Origin: Bdellovibrionales bacterium
Lineage (GTDB): Bacteria > Bdellovibrionota_C > UBA2361 > RFPC01
Length of the DNA stretch: 61,212 nt
Reading direction: 5' to 3'
Assembly: GCA_020434565.1 (NCBI GenBank)
Contig: JAGRAO010000001.1
Coordinates: 1 to 61,212 of the forward strand
A program made the position numbers and the translations under genes. This document shows, one piece after another, positions 8,909-18,599 of the stretch (positions are counted from its first letter, which is position 1; each line of letters opens with the position of its first letter). The notes beneath the pieces are model-generated. The model was given only the letters and a program-made list of their open reading frames with translations. It had not been told where the DNA came from and did no database searches.

Positions 8909-9991
8909 ATGGAATTTCTCTTTGTGTACTACACCCATAAACCAGGCGGGCTCTGCAAGAGGCTCTATCGGCTCATGAGAGCTCTCTCCGAGCGGGGCCA
9001 TGGAGTTCACTATCTCTCCCTCGATCCGCCACCGGAACCGCTACCAATCACGTTTCATCAGATCCCGTTTCCTTTGCGCAACCGCGCCGGTCTCTTGTTC
9101 TGGGCAACCTTTACGGTGTGGCTCCCAGCCTTTGTTCTCTGGAAAGCTCTTTGCATTCGACCACGTCGGCTCATCGCGTTTAGTGGGTACTACAGCTTTG
9201 CCTTCTTCCCAGCAAGGTTGATTACCCGTGCTCCCATCATACTGTTTATTCGCTCCGTTTCATTTTGTGTAAATCGAATAACGCAAAAGCCTCGGATAGT
9301 GCTCTTCTTTGCCGACCTTGTTGATAAACTCGGAGTACGATCTGCCTCGCACGTTGTCTGCATGACGGAAGCAATGAAGGCTCAGCTAGAAGGTTTTGCT
9401 TCACTCACCCACGCAAAGGTCTCAATTCTGCCAAACGATCTTCCAGATATCGACCGTAAAGAAGTAAGATTGAGACGATCGGGAAAACCCCTGCGGCTTA
9501 TATCTGCTGGAGTCATTGATCAACGAAAAAACTTTAGACTGCTCATTGAAGCTGTAGCGAAAGTTGAGAGCACTCTCGGCTCGGGAAGCGTGAGTCTTTC
9601 GATTGCCGGAAACGGCCCGATGAAAGACTCCCTCCCGGCCAATCCTTCAGTCAAGTTGCTTGGCTGGGTTCCAGATGTTGAAAGTTTCTTTCGGAAATTC
9701 GATCTCCTGGTTCATCCAGCATTTCACGAAGGGGTTCCAAATGTCTTGATGGAGGCACTGGCTCAAGAGCTCCCGGTTCTCGCCTCTGACATCCCTGAAC
9801 ATCGCGAGGTCCTTGCCTTTGACACTCTCCTCTTTTCACTTGATTCGTCTGAGTCCTTAGCAAATCAACTTATTGAAATAATTCAAGAACCAGAAAAAAT
9901 GTCCTCGCTTCAAGAGCGTTGTCGTGAACGTGCCGAGCTTTTCCGCTTCGATTGGGACGAAAAAGCATCCCAGATATGCTTATCCGAGTAG
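8909..9991 (+). CDS. Family-4 (GT-B fold) glycosyltransferase
   Basis: The C-terminal signature HPAFHEGVPNVLMEALAQELPVLASDIPEHREV matches the E(x7)E GT4 motif. Confidence 0.8.
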   Translation: MEFLFVYYTHKPGGLCKRLYRLMRALSERGHGVHYLSLDPPPEPLPITFHQIPFPLRNRAGLLFWATFTVWLPAFVLWKALCIRPRRLIAFSGYYSFAFFPARLITRAPIILFIRSVSFCVNRITQKPRIVLFFADLVDKLGVRSASHVVCMTEAMKAQLEGFASLTHAKVSILPNDLPDIDRKEVRLRRSGKPLRLISAGVIDQRKNFRLLIEAVAKVESTLGSGSVSLSIAGNGPMKDSLPANPSVKLLGWVPDVESFFRKFDLLVHPAFHEGVPNVLMEALAQELPVLASDIPEHREVLAFDTLLFSLDSSESLANQLIEIIQEPEKMSSLQERCRERAELFRFDWDEKASQICLSE

Positions 9992-10093
9992 ATTTTACCT
10001 TAAAACCAATTACGGTTATTCTAAATCTGACCTCAGTTATGCTAAAAGTCTGCGCATTAAACTCTCTTCCTTTTTAGATAAGGATATAACTCC

Positions 10094-11527
10094 ATGGAAC
10101 TTAAGACCTACCTCGAACTCCCGTACGAAGAACTTCAGGAGCTAAACCTCGAAGCAAAACAGAAAGCCGCCAACGGTACCGACGAAGACACCTTGCGCGA
10201 GTACTATCTCAAGTATCTTCACGAAGAGAAGCGTATCAAGGCGGTAACCATCTGCTTTAGCGATATCGAAGGTCGTTTTCACATGTTGGATTACGACAAA
10301 CAGTTTCTGTTGAAGTCTCATGACAATCTCACCTTCGACGGTTCTTCGATTCGTGGCTTCACGCAAGTCAACATGTCAGATCTCCGCTTAGAAGTTGATT
10401 GGGGATCGTTCAGATGGCTCCCTTCGGACGTATTTTCCGCTGGGAAAGTGCTCGTCTTTGGAATCATCAAAGACAGAGATGGGTCACTCTATCAGTCAGA
10501 TATGCGCGGATTGCTCAAGAAGTATTTGAGCGATCTCAAATCTTCACATGGATACAGCACAAACATATCGGTTGAGTGCGAAGGATTCCTCTTCGAAGGA
10601 GTAAACGCTGAGCAGACGTACCAGTCGAGGACTGGGTTTGAAATGGTTTCTAAAGGTGGATACTTCAACTCACTTCCGAACGATCCACTAAGACTCTTCA
10701 TTGACGCGTTTGCTGAAGCTCAACGCGCGCTTGCTTTTGAAAACGAGAAGGATCATCCCGAGGTAGCTCCGTCTCAGTTTGAATTGAACTACAAATATTG
10801 CAACGCGCTTCAGGCAGCAGATCAGCTTCAACTCTACAAGTTGACTGCTCGTCAAGTGGCTTCAAACATGGGAATGACTGCGAGTTTTCTCCCAAAACCA
10901 ATCGCTGGAATCAACGGCGACGGTATGCACACGAATATGTCCATTTCCAAGGGTGGAAAGAACCTCTTCTTTGATGCAAGTGGCGAAGATGGGCTCTCGA
11001 AGATCGCTTGGGATTTCATTGATCGGCTACTCTTTAGCGCGAACGATCTTTGTCTCATTATGAACCCGAGCGTCAACGCGTATCGACGACTTGATCCAAA
11101 TTTTGAGGCACCAAATCAGATCAAGTCCTCTGCTGTCGACAGGACCTCTATGATCAGAATTCCTCTCGGAAACGAAAACTCGGCTCGAATAGAGGTAAGA
11201 ACGGTGGCTCCTGATGCCAATCCGTATCTGACTTTCTTGGCGCTGCTTAAAACGGGACTCGAAGGACCAGTCGATGCTGGTGCTGCTGAAGAAAATCGCC
11301 GTTCGAGAACGCGTTTCCTCCCTGGAAATATCTATGACGCAATCCGTCACTTCAAAGGGAGCGCCTTCCTTGCTGAAGCGCTCGGACAGGAAAACAAGGA
11401 CAAATTTATCGATCGAAAGCGCAAGTCTGCCGATCGATGCCCTCGAGAACTTGGAACACTCGTAAAGACAGAAGAGATCCTCTTCCATCACGAAGTTACC
11501 AACCAGTACATCTGGCAAAACTTCTAG
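10094..11527 (+). CDS. glnA: Glutamine synthetase (type I-like)
   Basis: FDGSSIRGF (beta-grasp), HPEVAPSQFELNY, GDGMHTNMS, NAYRRL and SMIRIP are present. Length is 477 aa. Confidence 0.85.
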   Translation: MELKTYLELPYEELQELNLEAKQKAANGTDEDTLREYYLKYLHEEKRIKAVTICFSDIEGRFHMLDYDKQFLLKSHDNLTFDGSSIRGFTQVNMSDLRLEVDWGSFRWLPSDVFSAGKVLVFGIIKDRDGSLYQSDMRGLLKKYLSDLKSSHGYSTNISVECEGFLFEGVNAEQTYQSRTGFEMVSKGGYFNSLPNDPLRLFIDAFAEAQRALAFENEKDHPEVAPSQFELNYKYCNALQAADQLQLYKLTARQVASNMGMTASFLPKPIAGINGDGMHTNMSISKGGKNLFFDASGEDGLSKIAWDFIDRLLFSANDLCLIMNPSVNAYRRLDPNFEAPNQIKSSAVDRTSMIRIPLGNENSARIEVRTVAPDANPYLTFLALLKTGLEGPVDAGAAEENRRSRTRFLPGNIYDAIRHFKGSAFLAEALGQENKDKFIDRKRKSADRCPRELGTLVKTEEILFHHEVTNQYIWQNF

Positions 11528-11542
11528 AGCGTCTCTCTCCCC

Positions 11543-11575
11543 GTCCCGAGGGATTGCTTCTCAAGCCCTCGGGAC
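11543..11575 (+). terminator. Perfect 10-bp stem-loop downstream of glnA, with no U-tract
   Basis: GTCCCGAGGG (11543-11552) pairs with CCCTCGGGAC (11566-11575). The loop is 13 nt. Confidence 0.4.
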
Positions 11576-11667
11576 ACTCGCCCGTCCTTGCTTTGCCTCA
11601 ATTGCCACTCTCTGTGCCCTCTCTCGGGAACGAAACTACTAGGCGAACATGCTAAGCATTTCTCCTG

Positions 11668-13179
11668 GTGTTTGCTCGAACTCTTCGCGTCTATACTAGG
11701 AGCATGTCTTCCGAAAAGGCCCTCTCAATCTGGCTCATCGCGCTCCTCGGAGGAGTGTTACTCGTAAGAAATTACTTTGGCTTCTCCCTTTCTTCGAGCC
11801 TCTGGCTGGATGAAGCGATTACAGCCTGGATCATAAATGCCGATCTGCAAGAGGTTTTTCGTCGAACACTGAACTTTCAGGGCCACTCTCCCTTGTATTT
11901 CACTTTGATGTGGCTCTATCGAGCTGGAGGATTTCTTCACGAGTGGCAACTTCGCCTCCCATCCTTGCTGCTCTCTATCGCAACTCTCGTTTCGCTCGCA
12001 GCAATCACTCGAGCCTATTTTAGCGACCGCTCCTCTCTTGTGGTTGTTCTTTTTGCTCTCTCGTTTACGCCGTGGATTCGTGATGCTGTGAATGCAAGGC
12101 CGTATGCTCTTGCACTTGCTGGAGTCCATCTCTCGACACTTCTTTTCCTCTCTCTCATAAAGGATTTTCGTCTTTGGAAAGCGGCGTTGTATCTCTGCAC
12201 TCTCGTCATAACTTGCTATGCCCACTACCTTTCGGCTCTCGTTGTTACGGTGCATCTCTTTTTCTTTTTACTTCTTCCCCGATCAGAAAAGGGCATCTCC
12301 CTTCGGGGGGTGATCCTCGCGTGGACCGTAAGTGCTGTAGCCCTCATCCCCGGAATGATTCATTTTCAAGAGATCCTCGAGCGAAGCGCCCTCTATTCAT
12401 ACCCGGTACCGCTCTCTCTGAAGAGCACACTTATCAATTTCTTTCCCCTAGAGTTTTTAGTGCCTTTTATTTTTGCCATGGTTGTGGCACGAATCTTTTT
12501 CCCATATCGATTGGCGCTCAAGTTGGACCAAAAGATCCTCGCTGCCCTGCTCTGGTTTCTCTTTCCTCCCCTTGTATTTCTCGCTCTTTCTTGCATAAGG
12601 GGCGAGAATCTCTTTTTCTCCCGGTATTTCGAGTGGCATTTTGGTGGACTCGCGCTTCTTGCCACGGGAATTTTTCTTTCAATCGACTCCCTCAGGGCCA
12701 AGAAATGTGTGGTGCTCGTCTTTGTTGTGATGCAGCTCCTTGCTCCGCGCACGTGGCAGCTCGAGCAGTGGAGAGAAGTTGCGGAGGTGATTCGAAGCGC
12801 TCCAGAGCCAGTTGTCGTTTATACCGGCTTGATCGAACTTGAAAATGCCACCTTTCGACAAAATCCGAAGAACCGCGATTACCTCCTCGCCCCGTTTCAA
12901 TACTATCCGGTTCCAAATGAAATGGAGCTTACCTCCTCTTCTTTTGAAACTCTTTTCTCGGACAGGTTAGAACCTCTGAGTTCGTCGGTTCTAGTCGTAA
13001 CACCAAAGATCGTTCAATTTTCGGATCCCGCTCGAAAAGGTGGCGTTCGCGGGTTTGTCACTCAAGAGCTTAAGAAGCGAGGATTTAAAGAAGAGACGCT
13101 CGTTGATTCACAGGTCGTACTCCAACACTACGAGAAAAGTGACTTACACCTCCCAAACAATCGGACTATTACCCCCTAA
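11668..13179 (+). CDS. Polytopic GT-C-type (GT39/GT83, ArnT/PMT-like) glycosyltransferase candidate
   Basis: About 11 hydrophobic segments. An early-loop acidic motif SLWLDEAITAW resembles the DE motif of ArnT/PMT enzymes. A soluble C-terminal domain follows. The start is ambiguous (GTG 11668 or ATG 11704). Confidence 0.55.
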   Translation: MFARTLRVYTRSMSSEKALSIWLIALLGGVLLVRNYFGFSLSSSLWLDEAITAWIINADLQEVFRRTLNFQGHSPLYFTLMWLYRAGGFLHEWQLRLPSLLLSIATLVSLAAITRAYFSDRSSLVVVLFALSFTPWIRDAVNARPYALALAGVHLSTLLFLSLIKDFRLWKAALYLCTLVITCYAHYLSALVVTVHLFFFLLLPRSEKGISLRGVILAWTVSAVALIPGMIHFQEILERSALYSYPVPLSLKSTLINFFPLEFLVPFIFAMVVARIFFPYRLALKLDQKILAALLWFLFPPLVFLALSCIRGENLFFSRYFEWHFGGLALLATGIFLSIDSLRAKKCVVLVFVVMQLLAPRTWQLEQWREVAEVIRSAPEPVVVYTGLIELENATFRQNPKNRDYLLAPFQYYPVPNEMELTSSSFETLFSDRLEPLSSSVLVVTPKIVQFSDPARKGGVRGFVTQELKKRGFKEETLVDSQVVLQHYEKSDLHLPNNRTITP

Positions 13180-13386
13180 CTCTAGCTGAGACCTGAACGG
13201 GAACAGACCCGCTATCAACAGCCAGAATCCTCTCGAAATCTTTTTTGAAGTATACCCGCCGCCAATAGAAATACCCGGTTTATTATGAAGGTAGTGGCCA
13301 GATTTAGTTTTGTCATGGAAAGGGCCTGAACGGTCCTTATAGCTTGTTGCGGCGGATATATCTGTGTTGAGACCAGAGAGCTGCAG

Positions 13387-13408
13387 GAAAAGCCCTACGG
13401 GCATTTTC
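13387..13408. terminator. Bidirectional intrinsic-terminator-like hairpin between convergent GT-C gene and topA
   Basis: GAAAAGCCC-tac-GGGCATTTTC has an A-run on one side and a T-run on the other. It lies 17 nt beyond the topA stop codon. Confidence 0.5.
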
Positions 13409-13424
13409 ATTTGCCTCTGGTATA

Positions 13425-16157
13425 TTACGAAGCGCTCTTTGATGAAGCTTTCTTTTTAGTCGAAGTCTTTTTCTTGGCAGAAGTTTTCTTGGTTGAACTT
13501 TTCTTTTTAGCTGTGGTCTTTTTCGACGCTGCCTTTTTGGAAGCAGTCTTTTTTGTAGCGCTCTTCTTTTTACTTGAGGCCTTCTTCTTCCCTCCCTTGG
13601 CGCCTACTTTTGCCGCACGTTCCGCGAGAAGGGTTACAGCCTCTTCGAGGGTGAGGTTGTCTGGATCGGCACCTTTTGGGAGAGAGGCATTGAGTTCGCC
13701 GTCTGTCACATAAGGACCGTAGCGGCCAGCTTTAAGAACGAGTTTCTTTTCTGTTACTGGATGAACCCCAACTTCTTTCAACTGTTTTGGCTGACTTGCT
13801 CCCCCTCTTCGCCGCGGTTGTTTCAGAAGTTCGACACACTGCGGAATCGTAATCTCAAGTGGGCTTATATCATCAACCGGTATTGACCGCGTTTCGGCAC
13901 CGCACTTGATATACGGTCCGTATCTTCCGTTTGCTACCGTTATCTCTTCACCGTTTTCCGGATGCTTTCCAATCACTTTGGGAAACTCAAGCAGCTTGAC
14001 GGCTGTTTCAAAGTCGACCTGGTTCGGTTCCATACCAGGGAGAAGAGATGCCATCTTTGGCTTATCTCCCCCTTCTTCTTGATCGCCGAGCTGTACATAC
14101 GGACCAAACCGTCCAGATTTCAGATATACCGGCTGTCCGGTTTGCGGGTGTGCCCCTAGAGACTCAGGGCCTTTTCGAGCGATTTCAAGAAGCTTGTCGG
14201 CCTCCTCAACCGAAAGTTCATCCGGCGCCACCCCCTCTGGTAGACCAGCTCTGTTCTCTCCATCCGAAAGAAAGGGACCGTAGCGACCAATTCGAACTTC
14301 GATCTTTCGACCATCCCCTGTTGTACCAATGGGAATCCCACATACTTCGCGAGGATCTATCTCTTCCTCTCCTTTTTCCACTAAGGTCTTTAAACCGGGG
14401 TGACCATTACCAAAGTAAAATTTGTTTAAGTACGTCAGGCTATCGCGCTCTCCTCGTGCGATCTCATCGAGATCGTCTTCAAGCCGGGCAGTGAACTCAT
14501 AATCCATGAGCTGGGTAAAATGCCCTTCCATCAGGTTCGTTACGCCACTTGCAAGAAACGTCGGAACGAGAGCGGTTCCCTTTTTAAAGGCATAACTTCG
14601 ATTCAATACGACACCAACGATTGTCGCCCACGTACTTGGGCGTCCTATTCCAAGCCTCTCGAGTTCCTTTATAAGGCTGCCCTCGGTATAACGAGCGGGC
14701 GGTTGGGTTTCGTGTTGCAGAGAATCGAGTTTTTTTGTTTGGAGAGCTTCACCCTTTGAAAGCTGAGGAAGAATCTTTTCTCTATCTGCAAGCTCAGCTT
14801 CTGGATCGTCTGAGTCCTCCACGTAAGCGCGAAGAAATCCGGGAAACGTAATGGTTTTACCAGAGGCTCGAAACACGGCGTCCGCGCATTCAACCTGAAC
14901 GCCGATCCTCATTCCCTCAGCGTCTTTCATCTGACACGCTAGGGTTCGTTTCCAGATCATCTCGTAGAGCTTAAACGGCTCCATTCCGAGAGACTTCCGA
15001 ACGATTTCAGGATCAACGAAACTTTCACCAGATGGCCGAATCGCTTCGTGAGCTTCCTGGGCGTTTTTTACCTTTGTTTTATACACCCTGGGTTGTTCAG
15101 AGAGGTACTCCTTCCCAAAAGCAGAGCCGATCAGAGTACGAGCTGCTCCGAGACCTTCGTCCGAAAGAGCCGTGGAGTCGGTTCTCATATAGGTAATGTA
15201 CCCGTTTTCGTAGAGCTTCTGAGCAACTGACATAGTATGTCGTGCTGCAAATCGAAGCTTTCGACTCGCCTCCTGTTGGAGACTACTTGTCGTAAATGGC
15301 GGATACGGTTTGGTCGTGTACGGCTTCTCCTCTACAGAGAGGACATTTGGCGATGCCGCCTGAAGTTTTTCCTTTAACTCCAGAGCTTCTTTCTCTCCAA
15401 GGAGGACGACCTTCCCCGGGTCAGACAATTTTCCAGTAGTTGGTTCAAAGTCTTTTCCGGAGGCGACCCTCTTGTCGCCGACATGTGTGAGCTCTGCTTC
15501 AAAAATTCCCGAGCCATCTTTCTTCGCAAATTCTGCTTTGAGATCCCAATACTGAGCTGAGCGAAAACGGATTCGCTCCCTCTCTCGTTCAACGAGGAGT
15601 CGCATCGCAACACTCTGTACCCGACCAGCGCTCAGTCGAGGAGCCATTTTCTTCCAGAGAAGAGGGCTCACCGTATACCCGAACAAACGGTCAACTATCC
15701 TTCGCGTCTCCTGCGCTCGAACGAGGCTCTCATCGACATCTCGGGGATTCTGAATAGAGTGCTGAATGGCAGCCTTCGTAATTTCATTGAAGACCAGTCG
15801 CCGAACTGGAACCTTTGGCTTTAACACCTCAAGCAAGTGCCAACTGATTGATTCTCCCTCTCTGTCTTCGTCGGTTGCGAGGAGCAGTTCATCAGAGTCT
15901 TTGAGGAGTTTCTTGAGCTCAGCTACCCGCTTCTTTTTCTCTTCAGGGACGATGTAGAGCGGAGAGAACTGCTCATCAACGTTAATGCCGAGGCGAGACC
16001 ACTTTTCCTTCTTTATGTCTTCGGGAATCTCAGCGGCGCTATTCGGGAGATCTCGGATGTGCCCATAGGAAGCCGTTACCTTGTAGCCTTTGCCAAGGTA
16101 CTTTTCGATAGTCTTCGCTTTGGTAGGAGACTCAACAATGACGAGCGACTTCGCCAT
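13425..16157 (-). CDS. topA: DNA topoisomerase I
   Basis: Toprim N-terminus LVIVESPTKAKTIEKYLG and active-site region YITYMRTDS. Four cysteine-less C-terminal repeats are present (GRYGPF, GRFGPY, GRYGPY, GRYGPY). A Lys-rich tail follows. Confidence 0.95.
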   Translation of the reverse strand: MAKSLVIVESPTKAKTIEKYLGKGYKVTASYGHIRDLPNSAAEIPEDIKKEKWSRLGINVDEQFSPLYIVPEEKKKRVAELKKLLKDSDELLLATDEDREGESISWHLLEVLKPKVPVRRLVFNEITKAAIQHSIQNPRDVDESLVRAQETRRIVDRLFGYTVSPLLWKKMAPRLSAGRVQSVAMRLLVERERERIRFRSAQYWDLKAEFAKKDGSGIFEAELTHVGDKRVASGKDFEPTTGKLSDPGKVVLLGEKEALELKEKLQAASPNVLSVEEKPYTTKPYPPFTTSSLQQEASRKLRFAARHTMSVAQKLYENGYITYMRTDSTALSDEGLGAARTLIGSAFGKEYLSEQPRVYKTKVKNAQEAHEAIRPSGESFVDPEIVRKSLGMEPFKLYEMIWKRTLACQMKDAEGMRIGVQVECADAVFRASGKTITFPGFLRAYVEDSDDPEAELADREKILPQLSKGEALQTKKLDSLQHETQPPARYTEGSLIKELERLGIGRPSTWATIVGVVLNRSYAFKKGTALVPTFLASGVTNLMEGHFTQLMDYEFTARLEDDLDEIARGERDSLTYLNKFYFGNGHPGLKTLVEKGEEEIDPREVCGIPIGTTGDGRKIEVRIGRYGPFLSDGENRAGLPEGVAPDELSVEEADKLLEIARKGPESLGAHPQTGQPVYLKSGRFGPYVQLGDQEEGGDKPKMASLLPGMEPNQVDFETAVKLLEFPKVIGKHPENGEEITVANGRYGPYIKCGAETRSIPVDDISPLEITIPQCVELLKQPRRRGGASQPKQLKEVGVHPVTEKKLVLKAGRYGPYVTDGELNASLPKGADPDNLTLEEAVTLLAERAAKVGAKGGKKKASSKKKSATKKTASKKAASKKTTAKKKSSTKKTSAKKKTSTKKKASSKSAS

Positions 16158-16452
16158 ACGCTAACACTGTTTGCTTTTTAGGCCGATAAATTGGCTCAAA
16201 GAATACACACTTCCTAAGCCCTTGCAAGCTAGCCCGCACTATTCATGAGGAATCTGCTACGGAACTATGTGCTACGAAAATACCTCGACAGTTTTGACTG
16301 CAACGTCCGATTCGAACAATCCGGTGGACATCGCTGGGTTCCCGATACACCTTCAGCCCAAAATCCAGACTTTCCTTGTCTTTTCGCTGCCTATAGCCCC
16401 TCGCGACAAGGACTCATGAATAGTGTGAGCGAGAGCGCGTTCGCGAACACCG

Positions 16453-18336
16453 TTAGGCGACACCGCGCCGCTTTTCGACATGGAGGGCCAGCAACGTAAC
16501 ACAACTGGGGGTAACCCCCGGAATTCGCAAAGCTTGGGCTATCGAGGTTGGCCGATATCGGAAGAACTTCTCGCGCGCCTCTGTTCTCAGATTAGGAATC
16601 GCATCAAAAGGAAAATCTGAAGGGATGCGGAGTGACTCGAGTCGCTTCAATCTTAGAACCTCGCTCTCTTGGCGACGCAAGTAGCCATCAAACTTAATCT
16701 CAACTTCAGCGCGGGAGAGCACCTCAGCCGATTGGCTACCCAATTCCGACGGAAACCTTTCAAAAAGGTCGGAAAGTTTTAACTCAGGACGCTTGAGTAA
16801 TCTTTCAATAGAACAAGGCTCTTTAACTGGGCTACTGCCACGACAGGAGAGCCATTCATTCAACTCCGGATCAGGCTTTACTCGCGTACCTCGAGCCCAC
16901 TGGAGTGTCGCCTCGAATTCCTGCATGGATTGCTCGAAAAGCACCTTTTGTTGATCTGATAGCATGCCGAGCGATATCGCGAGTGGGCTCAGACGTTGTG
17001 CGGCATTGTCTTCGCGCAAAACGAGCCGATATTCAGCTCGAGAAGTAAACATCCGGTACGGCTCATCTACTCCATTCGTAATAAGATCATCTACCATAAC
17101 CCCGAGATAACCTTCACCGCGAGAGATTGTTACCTCTTCACGACCGAGGGCGCTAAGGGCGGCATTCATTCCGGCGAGCATTCCCTGTGCGGCTGCTTCC
17201 TCGTACCCTGAAGTTCCATTGATCTGCCCAGCTAAATAGAGTCCTGAGACCTCTCTTGCTTGAAGGGTTGGACCGAGCTGGCGGGGATCGCTGGCATCGT
17301 ACTCGACCGCATAGCCCGGGGTGAGAATGACTACGTTCTCAAGCCCTTTAATCTTTCGAACAAACTCATACTGAATCTCTGCTGGAAGACTTGATGAGAT
17401 CCCATTTGGATAGACAATATCAGAGGTGAAGCCTTCGGGCTCAAGAAAGATATTGTGAGATCTCTTATCAGCAAATCGAAAGACCTTATCTTCAATCGAC
17501 GGACAATACCGGGCTCCGGTTGCTGCAATTTGACCATTAAACATCGGGCTTCGATGACGATTCGAGCGGATCGTTTCGTGAACTTCTTCGTTCGTTGCAG
17601 TTATCCAGCAGGAGATCTGTTCTCGCTCAATAGAGCGCGTCGTAATACTGAAGGGACGAACGGGAAACTCACCTGGCTGTTCTTGAAGAACATCAAAACG
17701 AATTGAACTTCTCTTCAGTCGCGCGGGCGTTCCGGTTTTGAGCCGTTGCAATCGAAAACCGAGATTGCGGAGACAGTCACTCAGTGCGTTTGATGCCACA
17801 TCATCTTTTCGGCCACCAACTTCCTTTGATTCACCGCAGTGCATCAATCCACGGAGAAAAGTTCCTGTCGTCAACACTACTGTGGGAGCACGCAGAAGCG
17901 ACCCGTCGGAGAGCGCAACGCCTGTAACACGCCCATTCTTTGCAACGTCGATAGAAGCGGCCTCCCCTTCGATAACCGTAATCAGCGGAACCTGCGAAAC
18001 GAGTCGCTGAACCTCTGCCTTGTATAGATCGCGATCTGCTTGCGCACGTGACGCCTGAACTGCCGGCCCTTTGCTCGTATTGAGGGTTCGAAACTGTATT
18101 CCGGTAGCATCAATTGCCCGGCCCATCACGCCGCCCAGAGCATCAACTTCTTTGACGAGGTGCCCCTTCCCAAGTCCGCCTATTGCCGGGTTACACGACA
18201 TCTGCCCAATAGAACTCCGGCGGAATGTGACCAGAGCGACTCGAGCTGAAAGGCGAGCAGCAGCACAAGCCGCCTCAACCCCAGCATGGCCTCCTCCAAT
18301 TACGATAGTGTCAAATGGCGTTTTCACAGAAACCAT
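16453..18336 (-). CDS. mnmG: tRNA uridine-5-carboxymethylaminomethyl modification enzyme MnmG (GidA)
   Basis: The FAD motif [15 protein letters not shown] is present, together with [20 protein letters not shown]-like [11 protein letters not shown] and TSRAEYRL. Length is 627 aa. Confidence 0.95.
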   Translation of the reverse strand: MVSVKTPFDTIVIGGGHAGVEAACAAARLSARVALVTFRRSSIGQMSCNPAIGGLGKGHLVKEVDALGGVMGRAIDATGIQFRTLNTSKGPAVQASRAQADRDLYKAEVQRLVSQVPLITVIEGEAASIDVAKNGRVTGVALSDGSLLRAPTVVLTTGTFLRGLMHCGESKEVGGRKDDVASNALSDCLRNLGFRLQRLKTGTPARLKRSSIRFDVLQEQPGEFPVRPFSITTRSIEREQISCWITATNEEVHETIRSNRHRSPMFNGQIAATGARYCPSIEDKVFRFADKRSHNIFLEPEGFTSDIVYPNGISSSLPAEIQYEFVRKIKGLENVVILTPGYAVEYDASDPRQLGPTLQAREVSGLYLAGQINGTSGYEEAAAQGMLAGMNAALSALGREEVTISRGEGYLGVMVDDLITNGVDEPYRMFTSRAEYRLVLREDNAAQRLSPLAISLGMLSDQQKVLFEQSMQEFEATLQWARGTRVKPDPELNEWLSCRGSSPVKEPCSIERLLKRPELKLSDLFERFPSELGSQSAEVLSRAEVEIKFDGYLRRQESEVLRLKRLESLRIPSDFPFDAIPNLRTEAREKFFRYRPTSIAQALRIPGVTPSCVTLLALHVEKRRGVA

Positions 18337-18545
18337 GGCCTAATCTAAATAATTTCAAATAGTTAATCGGATTTCTCACAGCGCATACCGTATCAGAGAA
18401 AGGGCCCTAAGAGCAATTACGCGACCGAAAGAGCAAAAAGATGAAAAAACTTAACCATCGACAATTTCTACATTTTTTCTTTGGTCGCAACTGAAGCAGA
18501 ACCGCTTAAACAGCGGATAGGATTAGACAAGGGAGAGTTATGCGC

Positions 18546-18554
18546 TGTGGATAA
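18546..18554. promoter_or_regulatory. Perfect consensus DnaA box TGTGGATAA
   Basis: Exact 9-mer TGTGGATAA in the 263-bp spacer between the mnmG start and the lytic transglycosylase gene. Confidence 0.5.
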
Positions 18555-18599
18555 CTCTCATTTGACCTTGCAAATAGAAACGGATACCTCACCTCGGCT

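Noticed and set aside
13411-13713. 100-aa plus-strand ORF rich in Phe/Leu/Val (FFLVEVFFLAEVF...).
   Set aside because: It is the antisense reading of the AAG/AAA-rich Lys tail of topA, so it is a compositional artefact.
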